34,838 nt of DNA from Pseudopedobacter sp. (GTDB lineage: Bacteria > Bacteroidota > Bacteroidia > Sphingobacteriales > Sphingobacteriaceae), in NCBI GenBank assembly GCA_014378285.1, contig JACMNZ010000098.1, forward strand, positions 1 through 34,838. The letters are read 5' to 3'. Below the pieces are notes generated by a model. It was given only the letters and a program-made list of their open reading frames with translations. It had not been told where the DNA came from and made no database searches. Both the position numbers and the translations under genes were made by a program. Positions 9,119 to 18,929 of this stretch are shown here, in pieces (the stretch's first letter is position 1; each line of letters begins with the position of its first letter).

Positions 9119-10594
9119 ATGAGTAATAATAAAAATAGTTTTCATTTAAATCCATTCGTAAAATATTTGCGGCTCGCTCTTGTGAATTTTCTCTTGATAT
9201 TTTTTTGTTTAAGCACACAAGCCCAAGAAAAACCTAACGTTATTTTTCTAATTATCGATGATTTGAATGATTGGGTAGCTATTTCTGAAAAATTCCCGAT
9301 GGTAAAAACACCTAATATAGATAGATTAGCTTCAAAAGGAACCTATTTCACAAAAGCCTATAGTCAAGCGCCATTATGCGGTCCATCTAGGGCTTCCTTT
9401 TTGTCGGGCTTATTGCCATCAAAAACAGGTGTCTATCTACAAATGAAAGACGAAGACCTTAAAAAATACTACGATGAAAAGTTTGGCATTGATTTTTTAC
9501 CGAATTATTTTTCTAAAAATGGTTATAATACGTTTGGAGTTGGTAAAATATTCCACAACGGACCTGGTATAGATGCTTTTGATGAATATGGAGGAAAATT
9601 TGATCTTTACGGTCCGTCTCCTAAAGAGAGAATGAACTATGACCCCGCTTGGTTCGGACAAAATGGAACGCAAACAGATTGGGGAGCTTTCCCTGATAAA
9701 GACGAACTAATGCCTGATTTTAAATCCGCAAAATGGGCGTCAGAACAACTACATAAAGTACATACAAAGCCTTTTTTTATGGCAGTTGGATTTGTAAGGC
9801 CTCATGTACCTTGGCATGTACCTCAGAAATGGTTTGATGAAATAAAATTAAATACTATCAAAACTCCTCCATACCTAAAGACTGATATGGAAGACATTCC
9901 TGAAATTGGTAAGTCTATAGCTGAGGTTTTAGAAATGCCAACAACCGAGTGGGCAATAAAAGAAAATAAGTGGAAGGAAATGGTGCAGGCATACATAGCC
10001 TGTATAGCTTTTGTTGACGCTCAAGTTGGTAAAGTACTTGATGCTTTAGAGAAATCAGCATATAAAAACAATACTTATGTTGTATTATTATCAGATCATG
10101 GCTATCATCTGGGAGAGAAAAACAGGTTTGCAAAACATTCTTTATGGGAGAGATCAGCACATGTACCTCTTATTATAAGTGGACCTGGTTTACAGCAAAA
10201 TAAAATTAATAATCAACTTGTAGGTTTAATTGATTTATATCCAACATTGGTAGATTTATGCAACCTGCCAAAAAATCAGACCAACGATGGTAGAAGTTTA
10301 GGCCCTCTTGTGAAAAATATAGCTAAAAGATGGGATTATCCTGTCTATTCGTTTTATGGAACTGATAATTTATCAATTTATAGGGATAAATATCATTATA
10401 TAAAATATGAAGACGGTGCAGAAGAGTTTTATGATTTAGCTGAAGATCCTCAGGAATGGAAAAATCTGGCTATTAAACTCAAAAGCTCAGCCTTATTAAA
10501 CTCTTTCAGAAAAATAGCACCTCTAAAAACAGCTCCTTATGCACCACATTTGGTATTGGAAAGTAACGCATATTTTAGATCTAAAAAGCTCTAA
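9119..10594 (+). CDS. Formylglycine-dependent sulfatase (S1, iduronate-2-sulfatase-like)
   Basis: Signal peptide, KPNVIFLIIDDLND, CGPSRASFLSG (CxPxR), GKIFH, GFVRPHVPW, SDHGYHLGEK..KHSLWE. Confidence 0.95.
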   Translation: MSNNKNSFHLNPFVKYLRLALVNFLLIFFCLSTQAQEKPNVIFLIIDDLNDWVAISEKFPMVKTPNIDRLASKGTYFTKAYSQAPLCGPSRASFLSGLLPSKTGVYLQMKDEDLKKYYDEKFGIDFLPNYFSKNGYNTFGVGKIFHNGPGIDAFDEYGGKFDLYGPSPKERMNYDPAWFGQNGTQTDWGAFPDKDELMPDFKSAKWASEQLHKVHTKPFFMAVGFVRPHVPWHVPQKWFDEIKLNTIKTPPYLKTDMEDIPEIGKSIAEVLEMPTTEWAIKENKWKEMVQAYIACIAFVDAQVGKVLDALEKSAYKNNTYVVLLSDHGYHLGEKNRFAKHSLWERSAHVPLIISGPGLQQNKINNQLVGLIDLYPTLVDLCNLPKNQTNDGRSLGPLVKNIAKRWDYPVYSFYGTDNLSIYRDKYHYIKYEDGAEEFYDLAEDPQEWKNLAIKLKSSALLNSFRKIAPLKTAPYAPHLVLESNAYFRSKKL

Positions 10595-10665
10595 GACAAA
10601 AGTAATTATCAATTTAAGATTATTAATTTGAGATATTAAGTTTAAGATTTATACCCACAGCATAA

Positions 10666-12318
10666 ATGAAAAAAAATTCCCTTTCGGTTTTATTATTTAC
10701 TTTTTATATCGGTTTGTCATGCCAGTGTTCATATGCCCAAAAGTACTTTAATAACCCAATTCTTAAAGGTTTTTATCCAGATCCATCTATTTGCAGGGCC
10801 GTTAATGATTATTATTTAGTATGCTCAAGTAATGAGTATTACCCAGGTATTCCGTTATTTCATAGTAAGGATTTGGTAAACTGGCAGCAAATAGGGCATG
10901 TTTTAGATAGGCCAGATCAAGTTCGTTTAGATAGTGTAAACGCATCAGGTGGTATTTTTGCGCCAACCATAAGGTATCATAATGGGGTCTTTTATGTCTT
11001 ATGTACTCGGGCTGGTGGAGATCCTAAAAAGAGAAATTTTATAGTTACAGCAACTGACCCGGCTGGTCAATGGAGCGACCCTTACTGGTTAGAAGATGCA
11101 CCAGGAATAGACCCTAGTTTATTTTTTGATGATGATGGAAAAGCTTGGTATACCGGAAACCGTACTCCTGAAGGCGGCGAAAGATATTTTAAACAAAGAG
11201 AAATCTGGCTGCAAGAATTTGATATCAAAAATATGAAACTCAAAGGACTTGTTACCACTTTATTAGATGAGGGAGCGGTAAGACAAGCCCGTAATATAGA
11301 AGCCCCACATATTTATAAAGTAAATGGATTTTACTACTTGGTGATTGCAGAGGGCGGAACAGATTTTAACCACGCAGCAACAATATTTAGAAGTAAAAAC
11401 ATTAGTGGTCCTTATGAAACGGGTGCCAGAAATCCAATTATTACCAGCAGGCATTTAGGCATGGATTACCCTATCCAATGCATTGGTCATGCAGATTTTG
11501 TGGAAACACAAAACGGACAATGGTATACCGTATTGTTAGGCACAAGGCCTTATGGAGGTAAAAACCTTGCGAATTTGGCTAGAGAAACTTTTTTAGCACC
11601 CATGACTTGGGAAGAAGGATGGCCAGTTGTTGCTCCCAGAGAAGGCAGGGTTTTGCAACAATTTCCACTGCCCAATTTACCGGAATTTGAAGTTGAAGAG
11701 CCTAAGATACGAGATGATTTTGATGCTGAAAGGTTAGGCTTTCAATGGAACGTAATTAGAACTCCAAATAAAAATCTTTACAGCTTAAATGATAAAAAAG
11801 GAACTTTAAGGTTATTCTTAAAACCCCAAACCATCAGTGAAAAAGCCAACCCTGCATTCATCGGTAGAAGGCAACAACATAAAGATTTTAATGCTGCCAC
11901 ATTGATGACTTTTAGTCCCAAAAATAAGGAGACAGCAGGCTTATTGGTTTATCAAAATCCGGAGCATCACTTTAAAATGGAATATCTATTGAAAAAGGGT
12001 AAAAAAACACTTCGCTTAACTAAAGTTAAAGCGGGAAAATCAGAAATATTAATAGAGAAACCAGTAAATGCCAAACAGATATATTTAAAAGTATGTGCAA
12101 AAGATCAGGATTATAATTTTTATTACGGTACAGAAAAAGATCAATGGCTGTTATTAAGGGATAAGATTAATGGGAGCATGTTAAACAGAAGTACGGCAGG
12201 TGGTTTTACTGGAGTTTACTTAGCGATGTACGGTAGTAGTAATGGAAACAAGACTGCTAATCATGCAGATTTTGCATGGTTTGATTATCAAGAAATGACT
12301 TTTGAACCGTCAAAATAA
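10666..12318 (+). CDS. GH43 beta-xylosidase/alpha-L-arabinofuranosidase (beta-propeller + C-terminal beta-sandwich), paralog 1
   Basis: NPILKGFYPDPSI (catalytic Asp), GIFAPTIRYH, GIDPSLFFDDDG, IEAPHIYK (catalytic Glu), GHADFVET, GGFTG..ADFAWFDY. Confidence 0.95.
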   Translation: MKKNSLSVLLFTFYIGLSCQCSYAQKYFNNPILKGFYPDPSICRAVNDYYLVCSSNEYYPGIPLFHSKDLVNWQQIGHVLDRPDQVRLDSVNASGGIFAPTIRYHNGVFYVLCTRAGGDPKKRNFIVTATDPAGQWSDPYWLEDAPGIDPSLFFDDDGKAWYTGNRTPEGGERYFKQREIWLQEFDIKNMKLKGLVTTLLDEGAVRQARNIEAPHIYKVNGFYYLVIAEGGTDFNHAATIFRSKNISGPYETGARNPIITSRHLGMDYPIQCIGHADFVETQNGQWYTVLLGTRPYGGKNLANLARETFLAPMTWEEGWPVVAPREGRVLQQFPLPNLPEFEVEEPKIRDDFDAERLGFQWNVIRTPNKNLYSLNDKKGTLRLFLKPQTISEKANPAFIGRRQQHKDFNAATLMTFSPKNKETAGLLVYQNPEHHFKMEYLLKKGKKTLRLTKVKAGKSEILIEKPVNAKQIYLKVCAKDQDYNFYYGTEKDQWLLLRDKINGSMLNRSTAGGFTGVYLAMYGSSNGNKTANHADFAWFDYQEMTFEPSK

Positions 12319-12356
12319 ACACTTTAAATAAAGTTCAATAAAAAAATAAATAGATT

Positions 12357-13991
12357 ATGAGATTTAAAATTTGTGTTGTTTTTGTTTTTTGTTTTTTCAA
12401 TATAATTGTAGCCTTAGCTCAAACAAAAGATAAAGAAGCCTTTGATAATCCAATTCTCAAAGGTTTCTACCCCGATCCTTCAATTTGTAGGGTAGGCGAT
12501 GATTATTATTTGGTAAATTCCTCATTTGAATATTTTCCGGGGGTACCTGTTTTCCATAGTAAGGATTTAGTGAATTGGCAACAAATTGGTCATGTTTTAA
12601 ACCGGCCCTCTCAATTAAATTTAGATAGCGTAAGGGCATCAGGAGGTATTTTTGCCCCCACTATTCGTTACCATAATGGTACTTTTTACATGATTACCAC
12701 TTTGGTTGGTACAAAAGAAGGAGGTAATTTCTTTGTAACAGCCAAGAACCCTGCAGGGCCTTGGTCAGAGCCTCAGTGGCTACCAAAAGAAGCGATAGGT
12801 ATTGACCCCTCTTTGTTTTTTGATGATGATGGTAAAGTTTATTATACTGGAAATAAAAAACCTGTAAATCAAGGTCAGGTTACCAGATACAGACAAATAT
12901 GGCTCCACGAAGTGGATTTAAAAAACAGAACTTTTGTTGGAGAGCGTAGTATAATCCTAGAAGAAGGTGCATTACACAACGCCGAAAATGCAGAAGGCGC
13001 ACATCTTTATAAAAAAGATGGTTATTACTATTTGTTAATTGGCGAGGGTGGAACATTTGAAAATCACGCCGTTACAATTTTTAGGAGTAAGAATATTACT
13101 GGGCCTTATGAGGGCAATAAAAAGAATCCTATCCTTACCCATCGTCATTTGGGTTTAAATTATCCAATCACTTCTACCGGACACGCAGATTTAGTGGAAA
13201 CTCAGAAGGGAGATTGGTGGATGGTTTTATTGGGAGTAAGAAAATATGGCGGACTACATTATAACTTAGGAAGAGAAACTTTTTTAACAAAAGTAGAGTG
13301 GCAGGATGGATGGCCTATCGTTAATCCGGGAGAGGGGAAGGTTTTAGCTACTCAATTAAAACCAGACTTGCCAGCTTTTAACATCCAGCAAGAAAATTTA
13401 AGAGATGATTTTAAGGCAGACACCCTTTTTCATTATTGGAATTTTTTAAGAACTCCAAGAACAAATTTTTGGTCATTAGAGAAGAAGGAAGGGTTTTTAC
13501 GACTTAACTTATCCAAGCAAGAAATAACCGATTTAGTATCGCCATCTTTCATCGGCAGAAGACAACAGGACACTTCTTTTCAAGTAGAAACCGCAATTCA
13601 GTTTACACCTAAAAAAGAAAATGAGCTAGCAGGAATGGTTTTGATGATGAATAATAACTTTCAATATCGATGTGAGAAAATTTTGAGTAATGGTAAGTTT
13701 TATGTACAACTAATCAAAAGGGCTAAGGGTATTGATGAGTTGATCAGTAAAATTCCGGTAGAAAAAGGCGAATTAATTTTTGGAGTACAGGCAAATGGTC
13801 AGGATCTGGAGTTTTATGTTAAACAAAAAGAAATAAAGCAAACACTTGCACAAAAAGCGGATGCTAGAATATTGAGTGTAGTAAACGCTCTAGGATTTAC
13901 GGGTGTATATGTTGGTGTTTATGCAAGTTCTAAAGGTGCAAATTCATCAAATTATGCTGATTTTGATTGGTTTGAGTATAAGAAGCTTTGA
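12357..13991 (+). CDS. GH43 beta-xylosidase/alpha-L-arabinofuranosidase, paralog 2
   Basis: YPDPSI, SSFEYFPG, GIDPSLFFDDDG, AEGAHLYKKDG, GHADLVET, LGRETFL, ADFDWFEY. Confidence 0.95.
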   Translation: MRFKICVVFVFCFFNIIVALAQTKDKEAFDNPILKGFYPDPSICRVGDDYYLVNSSFEYFPGVPVFHSKDLVNWQQIGHVLNRPSQLNLDSVRASGGIFAPTIRYHNGTFYMITTLVGTKEGGNFFVTAKNPAGPWSEPQWLPKEAIGIDPSLFFDDDGKVYYTGNKKPVNQGQVTRYRQIWLHEVDLKNRTFVGERSIILEEGALHNAENAEGAHLYKKDGYYYLLIGEGGTFENHAVTIFRSKNITGPYEGNKKNPILTHRHLGLNYPITSTGHADLVETQKGDWWMVLLGVRKYGGLHYNLGRETFLTKVEWQDGWPIVNPGEGKVLATQLKPDLPAFNIQQENLRDDFKADTLFHYWNFLRTPRTNFWSLEKKEGFLRLNLSKQEITDLVSPSFIGRRQQDTSFQVETAIQFTPKKENELAGMVLMMNNNFQYRCEKILSNGKFYVQLIKRAKGIDELISKIPVEKGELIFGVQANGQDLEFYVKQKEIKQTLAQKADARILSVVNALGFTGVYVGVYASSKGANSSNYADFDWFEYKKL

Positions 13992-15652
13992 TGAATTTTA
14001 ACCTACATAAACGGGGTATGCTAAACAAAAATTTAAAAAACATCTTGCTTTTAAGTATTTGCTATTTTGTGCTTCCGTCAAGTAATTTTTTGAAAGCTCA
14101 ACAGAAAGCGGATCGTCCAAATATATTATGGATTACTTGCGAGGATATGAGTGCCAATTTACCTATGTATGGAGATTCTACTATTAAAACGCCTAACCTA
14201 AGTAAGTTTTCAGAAGAGTCTGTTAAATACACTAGAATGTATTCTGTAGCTGGCGTTTGTGCTCCAAGTCGCTCAGGAATTATCACTGGAATGTATCCTC
14301 CCGCAATTGGAACTCAACATATGCGGACAGGCACAGGAGGAGAGAAAGACCCATCCATACCCAGTTATCAGGCTGTAACACCGGCAGAGGTAAAGGCTTT
14401 CCCTGAATATTTAAGGGCAGCTGGTTATTATTGTACTAATAATGAAAAAACAGATTATCAAATAGGGGAGCCTTTTACCGTATGGGATGATTGTAGCAAA
14501 GATGCTCACTGGCGAAATAGACCTGTAGATAAACCATTTTTTGCGGTTTTTAATATCATGAGCACACATGAATCTATGATATGGAAAAATGCTGATAAAC
14601 CATTAAGGGTTAATCCAGAGGATATAAAACTACCACCTTATTATCCTGAAAGCCCTATCATTCGTAAAGATATCGCAAGGTATTATGATAACATTATGCT
14701 GATGGATAGCATAGTTGGAACAATTCTTAAACAATTAGAAAATGATGGTTTGGCCGAAAATACCATCGTTTTTTTCTTTAGTGATCATGGAGCTGCATTA
14801 CCATGGTATAAAAGAGAAGTTTACGAAAGAGGCTTACATGTACCATTCATGATTAGGTTTCCTGATAAAAAGGGTGCAGCTCAAACACATAATCAGCTGT
14901 TAAGCTTTATGGATTTGGCTCCCACAGTGCTCTCTTTGGCAAAAATTCCTGTTCCTAAATATATAAATGGCCAAGCATTTCTTGGAGATCAAAAAGCTGT
15001 AACCCCACGCAAATACATTTTTGCCGCAAGAGACAGATTGGATGAACATTATGATTTGGTAAGAACAGTAAGGGATGAAAAATTTCAATATATACGTAAT
15101 TATCAACCAGAAAAACTCAACTATATGGATATCGGTTTCCGCAGGCAAATGCCTATGATGATGGAGATATTAAGGTTAAAAGACGTGAAGAAATTAGATA
15201 ATGTGCAAAGTAGATGGTTTAGCGAAAAACCAGTAGAAGAACTTTATGATTTGGAAAATGACCCTTTTGAAATTAACAATCTTGCAAATAGTTTAATTCA
15301 TCAATCAAAACTTAAAGAATTAAGAGAGGTACAAAATAACTGGAGTTTACAGATAAAAGATAAAGGATTTATGTCTGAAAAAGATATGGTAAACCTGATG
15401 TGGCCGGGCGGTAAGCAACCAATTACCAATAAGCCTGAAGCTAAGATTCTTAATCAGCATAAAAATAGTTTGGAAGTACAATTAACAAGCTTAACAGAAG
15501 GTGCTTCTATTGGATACAAAATTGGAGACTTAGGGAGTTGGCAGTTGTATCATCAATCTATAAAAGTTAAACAGGGAGTTAAACTTTATGCAAAAGCTAT
15601 TAGGTATGGTTATAAAGAAAGTGAAAAAGTATTAATAAACGGTGTTAATTGA
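13991..15652 (+). CDS. Formylglycine-dependent sulfatase (S1, sulfamidase-like) with C-terminal Fn3-associated/CHB_HEX_C-like domain
   Basis: RPNILWITCEDMS, CAPSRSGIITGMY, SDHG..P.YKRE, ARDRLDE.YD..R. The C-terminus TEGASIGY..LYAKAIRYGYKESE fits the extra domain. Start is placed at the ATG overlapping the upstream stop (TGATG); ATG 14018 is an alternative. Confidence 0.93.
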   Translation: MNFNLHKRGMLNKNLKNILLLSICYFVLPSSNFLKAQQKADRPNILWITCEDMSANLPMYGDSTIKTPNLSKFSEESVKYTRMYSVAGVCAPSRSGIITGMYPPAIGTQHMRTGTGGEKDPSIPSYQAVTPAEVKAFPEYLRAAGYYCTNNEKTDYQIGEPFTVWDDCSKDAHWRNRPVDKPFFAVFNIMSTHESMIWKNADKPLRVNPEDIKLPPYYPESPIIRKDIARYYDNIMLMDSIVGTILKQLENDGLAENTIVFFFSDHGAALPWYKREVYERGLHVPFMIRFPDKKGAAQTHNQLLSFMDLAPTVLSLAKIPVPKYINGQAFLGDQKAVTPRKYIFAARDRLDEHYDLVRTVRDEKFQYIRNYQPEKLNYMDIGFRRQMPMMMEILRLKDVKKLDNVQSRWFSEKPVEELYDLENDPFEINNLANSLIHQSKLKELREVQNNWSLQIKDKGFMSEKDMVNLMWPGGKQPITNKPEAKILNQHKNSLEVQLTSLTEGASIGYKIGDLGSWQLYHQSIKVKQGVKLYAKAIRYGYKESEKVLINGVN

Positions 15653-15657
15653 GAAAA

Positions 15658-17298
15658 ATGTCAAATATTTATAAAAAACTTTTTTATACGGTAATATTAT
15701 TAACGTTTACACAGCTGGTTTTAGCGCAAAATAATGAAAGGTTTCAAAATCCAATACTTAAAGGCTTTTACCCAGATCCGTCTATTTGCCGTGTTGGCGA
15801 CGATTATTATCTGGTAACTTCTAGTTTTGAGTATTTTCCCGGTGTACCCATTTTTCATAGTAAAGACATGGTGAATTGGCAACAAATAGGACATGTATTA
15901 GACCGTCCGTCTCAATTAAAACTTGATGGTATACATCCCTCTGGTGGCATTTTTGCACCTACTATTCGTTACAATAACGGTACTTTTTACATGATTACTA
16001 CTTTAATTACCAAGCGTAACAATACGGGAACTAATTTTTATGTAACAGCAAAATCGCCCTATGGTCCTTGGTCAGATCCTCATTGGTTAAAAGACGCTCC
16101 AGGTATTGATCCTTCTTTATTTTTTGATGATAATGGCAAGGTTTATTATACAGGGAATAGAACTCCAGCGGATAAGCCTACTGGCTCAAAATATAGGCAA
16201 ATCTGGATTCAAGAATTAGATACAATAAAGAAGCAATTGGTTGGCGAGGTTACAGTTGCCATAGAGGAAGGTGCCTTACATGATGCAGTGGTTGCAGAAT
16301 CACCTCACATGTATAAAAAAGACGGTTATTACTATATCATGTTAGCCGAAGGAGGAACAGGTATTGATCATGCTGTTAATATTTTTAGAAGTAAAAGTCC
16401 GCTTGGACCTTATGAAGGGAATAAGAAAAACCCAATTATTACTCACCGTAATTTAGGAAAACAGTACCCTGTGGCCTGTGTAGGGCATGCAGATTTAGTA
16501 GAAACACAAAATGGAGAGTGGTGGATGGTTTTATTAGGCGTTAGAACTTATGGCGGTTTCCACTATAATTTAGGTAGAGAAACTTTTCTTACTCCCATAA
16601 CTTGGGAAAACGATTGGCCAGTTGTGAATCCAGGAATTGGTAAATTACTTTTAGAAGAAAGAAAACCAAAGTTACCTGCTTTTACCGCAAAGAAGGAAAA
16701 TGCTTTTGATGATTTTAATGCTGATAGCCTTCAATATTATTGGAATTTTTTACGAACACCAAAGAGTGATTTTTGGTCATTAAAAGATAAAAAAGGTTAT
16801 TTATCGTTACAATTACAATCCTATACATTAGTTGATTTAGAAAATCCATCTTTTGTTGGGAGAAGACAACAAGACACTTCTTTTAATGCAGAAACAAAAA
16901 TGATTTTTGAACCCAAAAGCAGCAACGAAAGTGCAGGTTTAGTGGTGATGATGAATAACAACTTCCATTTTAGGTTAGAGAAAGTTTTAGAGAATAATAA
17001 AACTTATATAAAGCTTACAAGAAGACATGCAGGCAAAGAAGAGATAATAGCAACGAAGCCTGTTGATAAGGAAGATATTGTACTAGGTGTTGAGGCAATT
17101 GGTCAAAATTATTCTTTCTATTACAAGAAAAATGATAAAATTATTTTTCTTACTGAAAATATAGATGGGAGAACATTGAGCAGGACAAATACCGGAGGTT
17201 TTACCGGTACTTATGTTGGATTATATGCCAGTTCTAATGGTTTTCCTTCTAAAAATAAGGTACATTTTGATTGGTTAAACTATCAGCAAATAAAATAA
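15658..17298 (+). CDS. GH43 beta-xylosidase/alpha-L-arabinofuranosidase, paralog 3
   Basis: YPDPSI, SSFEYFPG, GIDPSLFFDD, AESPHMYKKDG, GHADLVET, GGFTGTYVGLYA. ATG at 15658 is preferred over the TTG at 15649 because it starts the signal peptide. Confidence 0.95.
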   Translation: MSNIYKKLFYTVILLTFTQLVLAQNNERFQNPILKGFYPDPSICRVGDDYYLVTSSFEYFPGVPIFHSKDMVNWQQIGHVLDRPSQLKLDGIHPSGGIFAPTIRYNNGTFYMITTLITKRNNTGTNFYVTAKSPYGPWSDPHWLKDAPGIDPSLFFDDNGKVYYTGNRTPADKPTGSKYRQIWIQELDTIKKQLVGEVTVAIEEGALHDAVVAESPHMYKKDGYYYIMLAEGGTGIDHAVNIFRSKSPLGPYEGNKKNPIITHRNLGKQYPVACVGHADLVETQNGEWWMVLLGVRTYGGFHYNLGRETFLTPITWENDWPVVNPGIGKLLLEERKPKLPAFTAKKENAFDDFNADSLQYYWNFLRTPKSDFWSLKDKKGYLSLQLQSYTLVDLENPSFVGRRQQDTSFNAETKMIFEPKSSNESAGLVVMMNNNFHFRLEKVLENNKTYIKLTRRHAGKEEIIATKPVDKEDIVLGVEAIGQNYSFYYKKNDKIIFLTENIDGRTLSRTNTGGFTGTYVGLYASSNGFPSKNKVHFDWLNYQQIK

Positions 17299-17323
17299 TC
17301 ATACACATTAAATCATATGCATT

Positions 17324-18856
17324 ATGAAACTTAAATTATTAGTTTTTTTAGGCTTAATTTTTTTCCCCTTAACAAGTATTCTTGCTCAGGAAAAGGCACA
17401 AAAACCCAATGTATTATTTATAGCAATTGATGATTTAAAACCTTATTTGAATTTTTATGGGTTTTCAGCTGTAAAATCTCCAAACTTGGATAAGCTGGCC
17501 GAAAGAAGTACTGTTTTTATGAGTAATTATTGCCAACAAGCAGTTTGTGCACCAACCAGAGCTAGCTTATTAACAGGCCTACGTCCGGATAGAACTCAGG
17601 TATGGGACTTAAAAACCTTGATTAGAGATAAAAACCCTGATGTAATCACACTGCCTCAACTTTTTAAACAAAATGGGTATACCACAGCGGCTTTGGGCAA
17701 AGTTTTCGACCAAAGAAGTGTAGATAAAAAACATGATGAGATTTCGTGGACTGAACCTTATAAGGGCAAATATAAATATCCGGTAGCTTACGGCGCACCT
17801 CTTTTAGGCCATTATCAAAATCCCGAAATGAAAAAGAAGTATGCAAATGCAGATGAAAAGGATATGGATGAGGTAAAGGTTTCAACAGAATCTGCAGATG
17901 TGCCCGATGACGCTTATGCAGATGGAGCAATGATAAATGAAGCTATAACGGATCTAAGGAAATATGGAAGTGCTGGAAAACCATTTTTTTTGGCTGTGGG
18001 TATTCGTAAACCTCATTTACCATTTGTGGCGCCAAAAAAATATTGGGATATGTATAGTCGGGATAAAATTGAACTTGCCCCATGGCAAAAACATTCAATT
18101 GATGGCCCTCCAATAGCTTATCATAGTTCTGGTGAGTTAAGAGGTTACGCAGATATTAAAGCATCGGTCAAAGATGATGAACCGTTAAATTTAAGTGTCG
18201 ATAAACAAAAAGAATTGATACATGGCTATTATGCAAGTATCAGTTATGTAGATGCTTTAGTAGGTAAATTGCTTGGTGAATTAAAGTCATCTGGATTAGA
18301 TAAAAACACCATTATCATCCTTTGGGGCGATCATGGATGGCATTTTGGTGATCATAATCTTTGGAATAAACACTCAAATTTCGAACAAGCTACCAGAACA
18401 CCTTTAATAATTTCTATTCCCGGCCAAAAGTCTAAAATAGTTTATCAATCTATTACAGAATTTGTAGATATCTATCCAACTTTGGCAGAACTGGCTAATA
18501 TACAACCCACCCAACAGCTAGATGGTAAAAGCTTAGTTTCGGCTTTAAAAGGCGATCAAAAAGCAATCAAGGATTTTGCCATCAGCCAATATCCAAGGAA
18601 AAACGGAAAAGACAACTTTATGGGTTATGCTTTAAGAACAAAACAATATCGTTTTGTAGAATGGATAAAAGATTTCAGAACCACACAAAAATTTGATCAA
18701 CAAAATGTACATGCAGTAGAATTGTATGATTATGAAAAAGATCCTTTAGAAACAAAAAACTTAGCGAACGACCCTGTTTACAAAAAAATTAAGGAAGATT
18801 TAAGTAGTAAAATGCACCAGTTTTATGCAGAGCAAGAAATAAAATTACGGAAATAA
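17324..18856 (+). CDS. Formylglycine-dependent sulfatase (S1, iduronate-2-sulfatase-like)
   Basis: KPNVLFIAIDDLKP, CQQAVCAPTRASLLTGLRPD, GKVFD, GIRKPHLPF, WGDHGWHFGDH..KHSNFE, ELYDY..DPLE..NLA. Confidence 0.95.
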   Translation: MKLKLLVFLGLIFFPLTSILAQEKAQKPNVLFIAIDDLKPYLNFYGFSAVKSPNLDKLAERSTVFMSNYCQQAVCAPTRASLLTGLRPDRTQVWDLKTLIRDKNPDVITLPQLFKQNGYTTAALGKVFDQRSVDKKHDEISWTEPYKGKYKYPVAYGAPLLGHYQNPEMKKKYANADEKDMDEVKVSTESADVPDDAYADGAMINEAITDLRKYGSAGKPFFLAVGIRKPHLPFVAPKKYWDMYSRDKIELAPWQKHSIDGPPIAYHSSGELRGYADIKASVKDDEPLNLSVDKQKELIHGYYASISYVDALVGKLLGELKSSGLDKNTIIILWGDHGWHFGDHNLWNKHSNFEQATRTPLIISIPGQKSKIVYQSITEFVDIYPTLAELANIQPTQQLDGKSLVSALKGDQKAIKDFAISQYPRKNGKDNFMGYALRTKQYRFVEWIKDFRTTQKFDQQNVHAVELYDYEKDPLETKNLANDPVYKKIKEDLSSKMHQFYAEQEIKLRK

Positions 18857-18929
18857 AACAATTCTTAATCACAAGAATAATAAGAAATTTAAATTTAAGT
18901 CTGGGTATTAATAGTTAAAAATTTATAAC

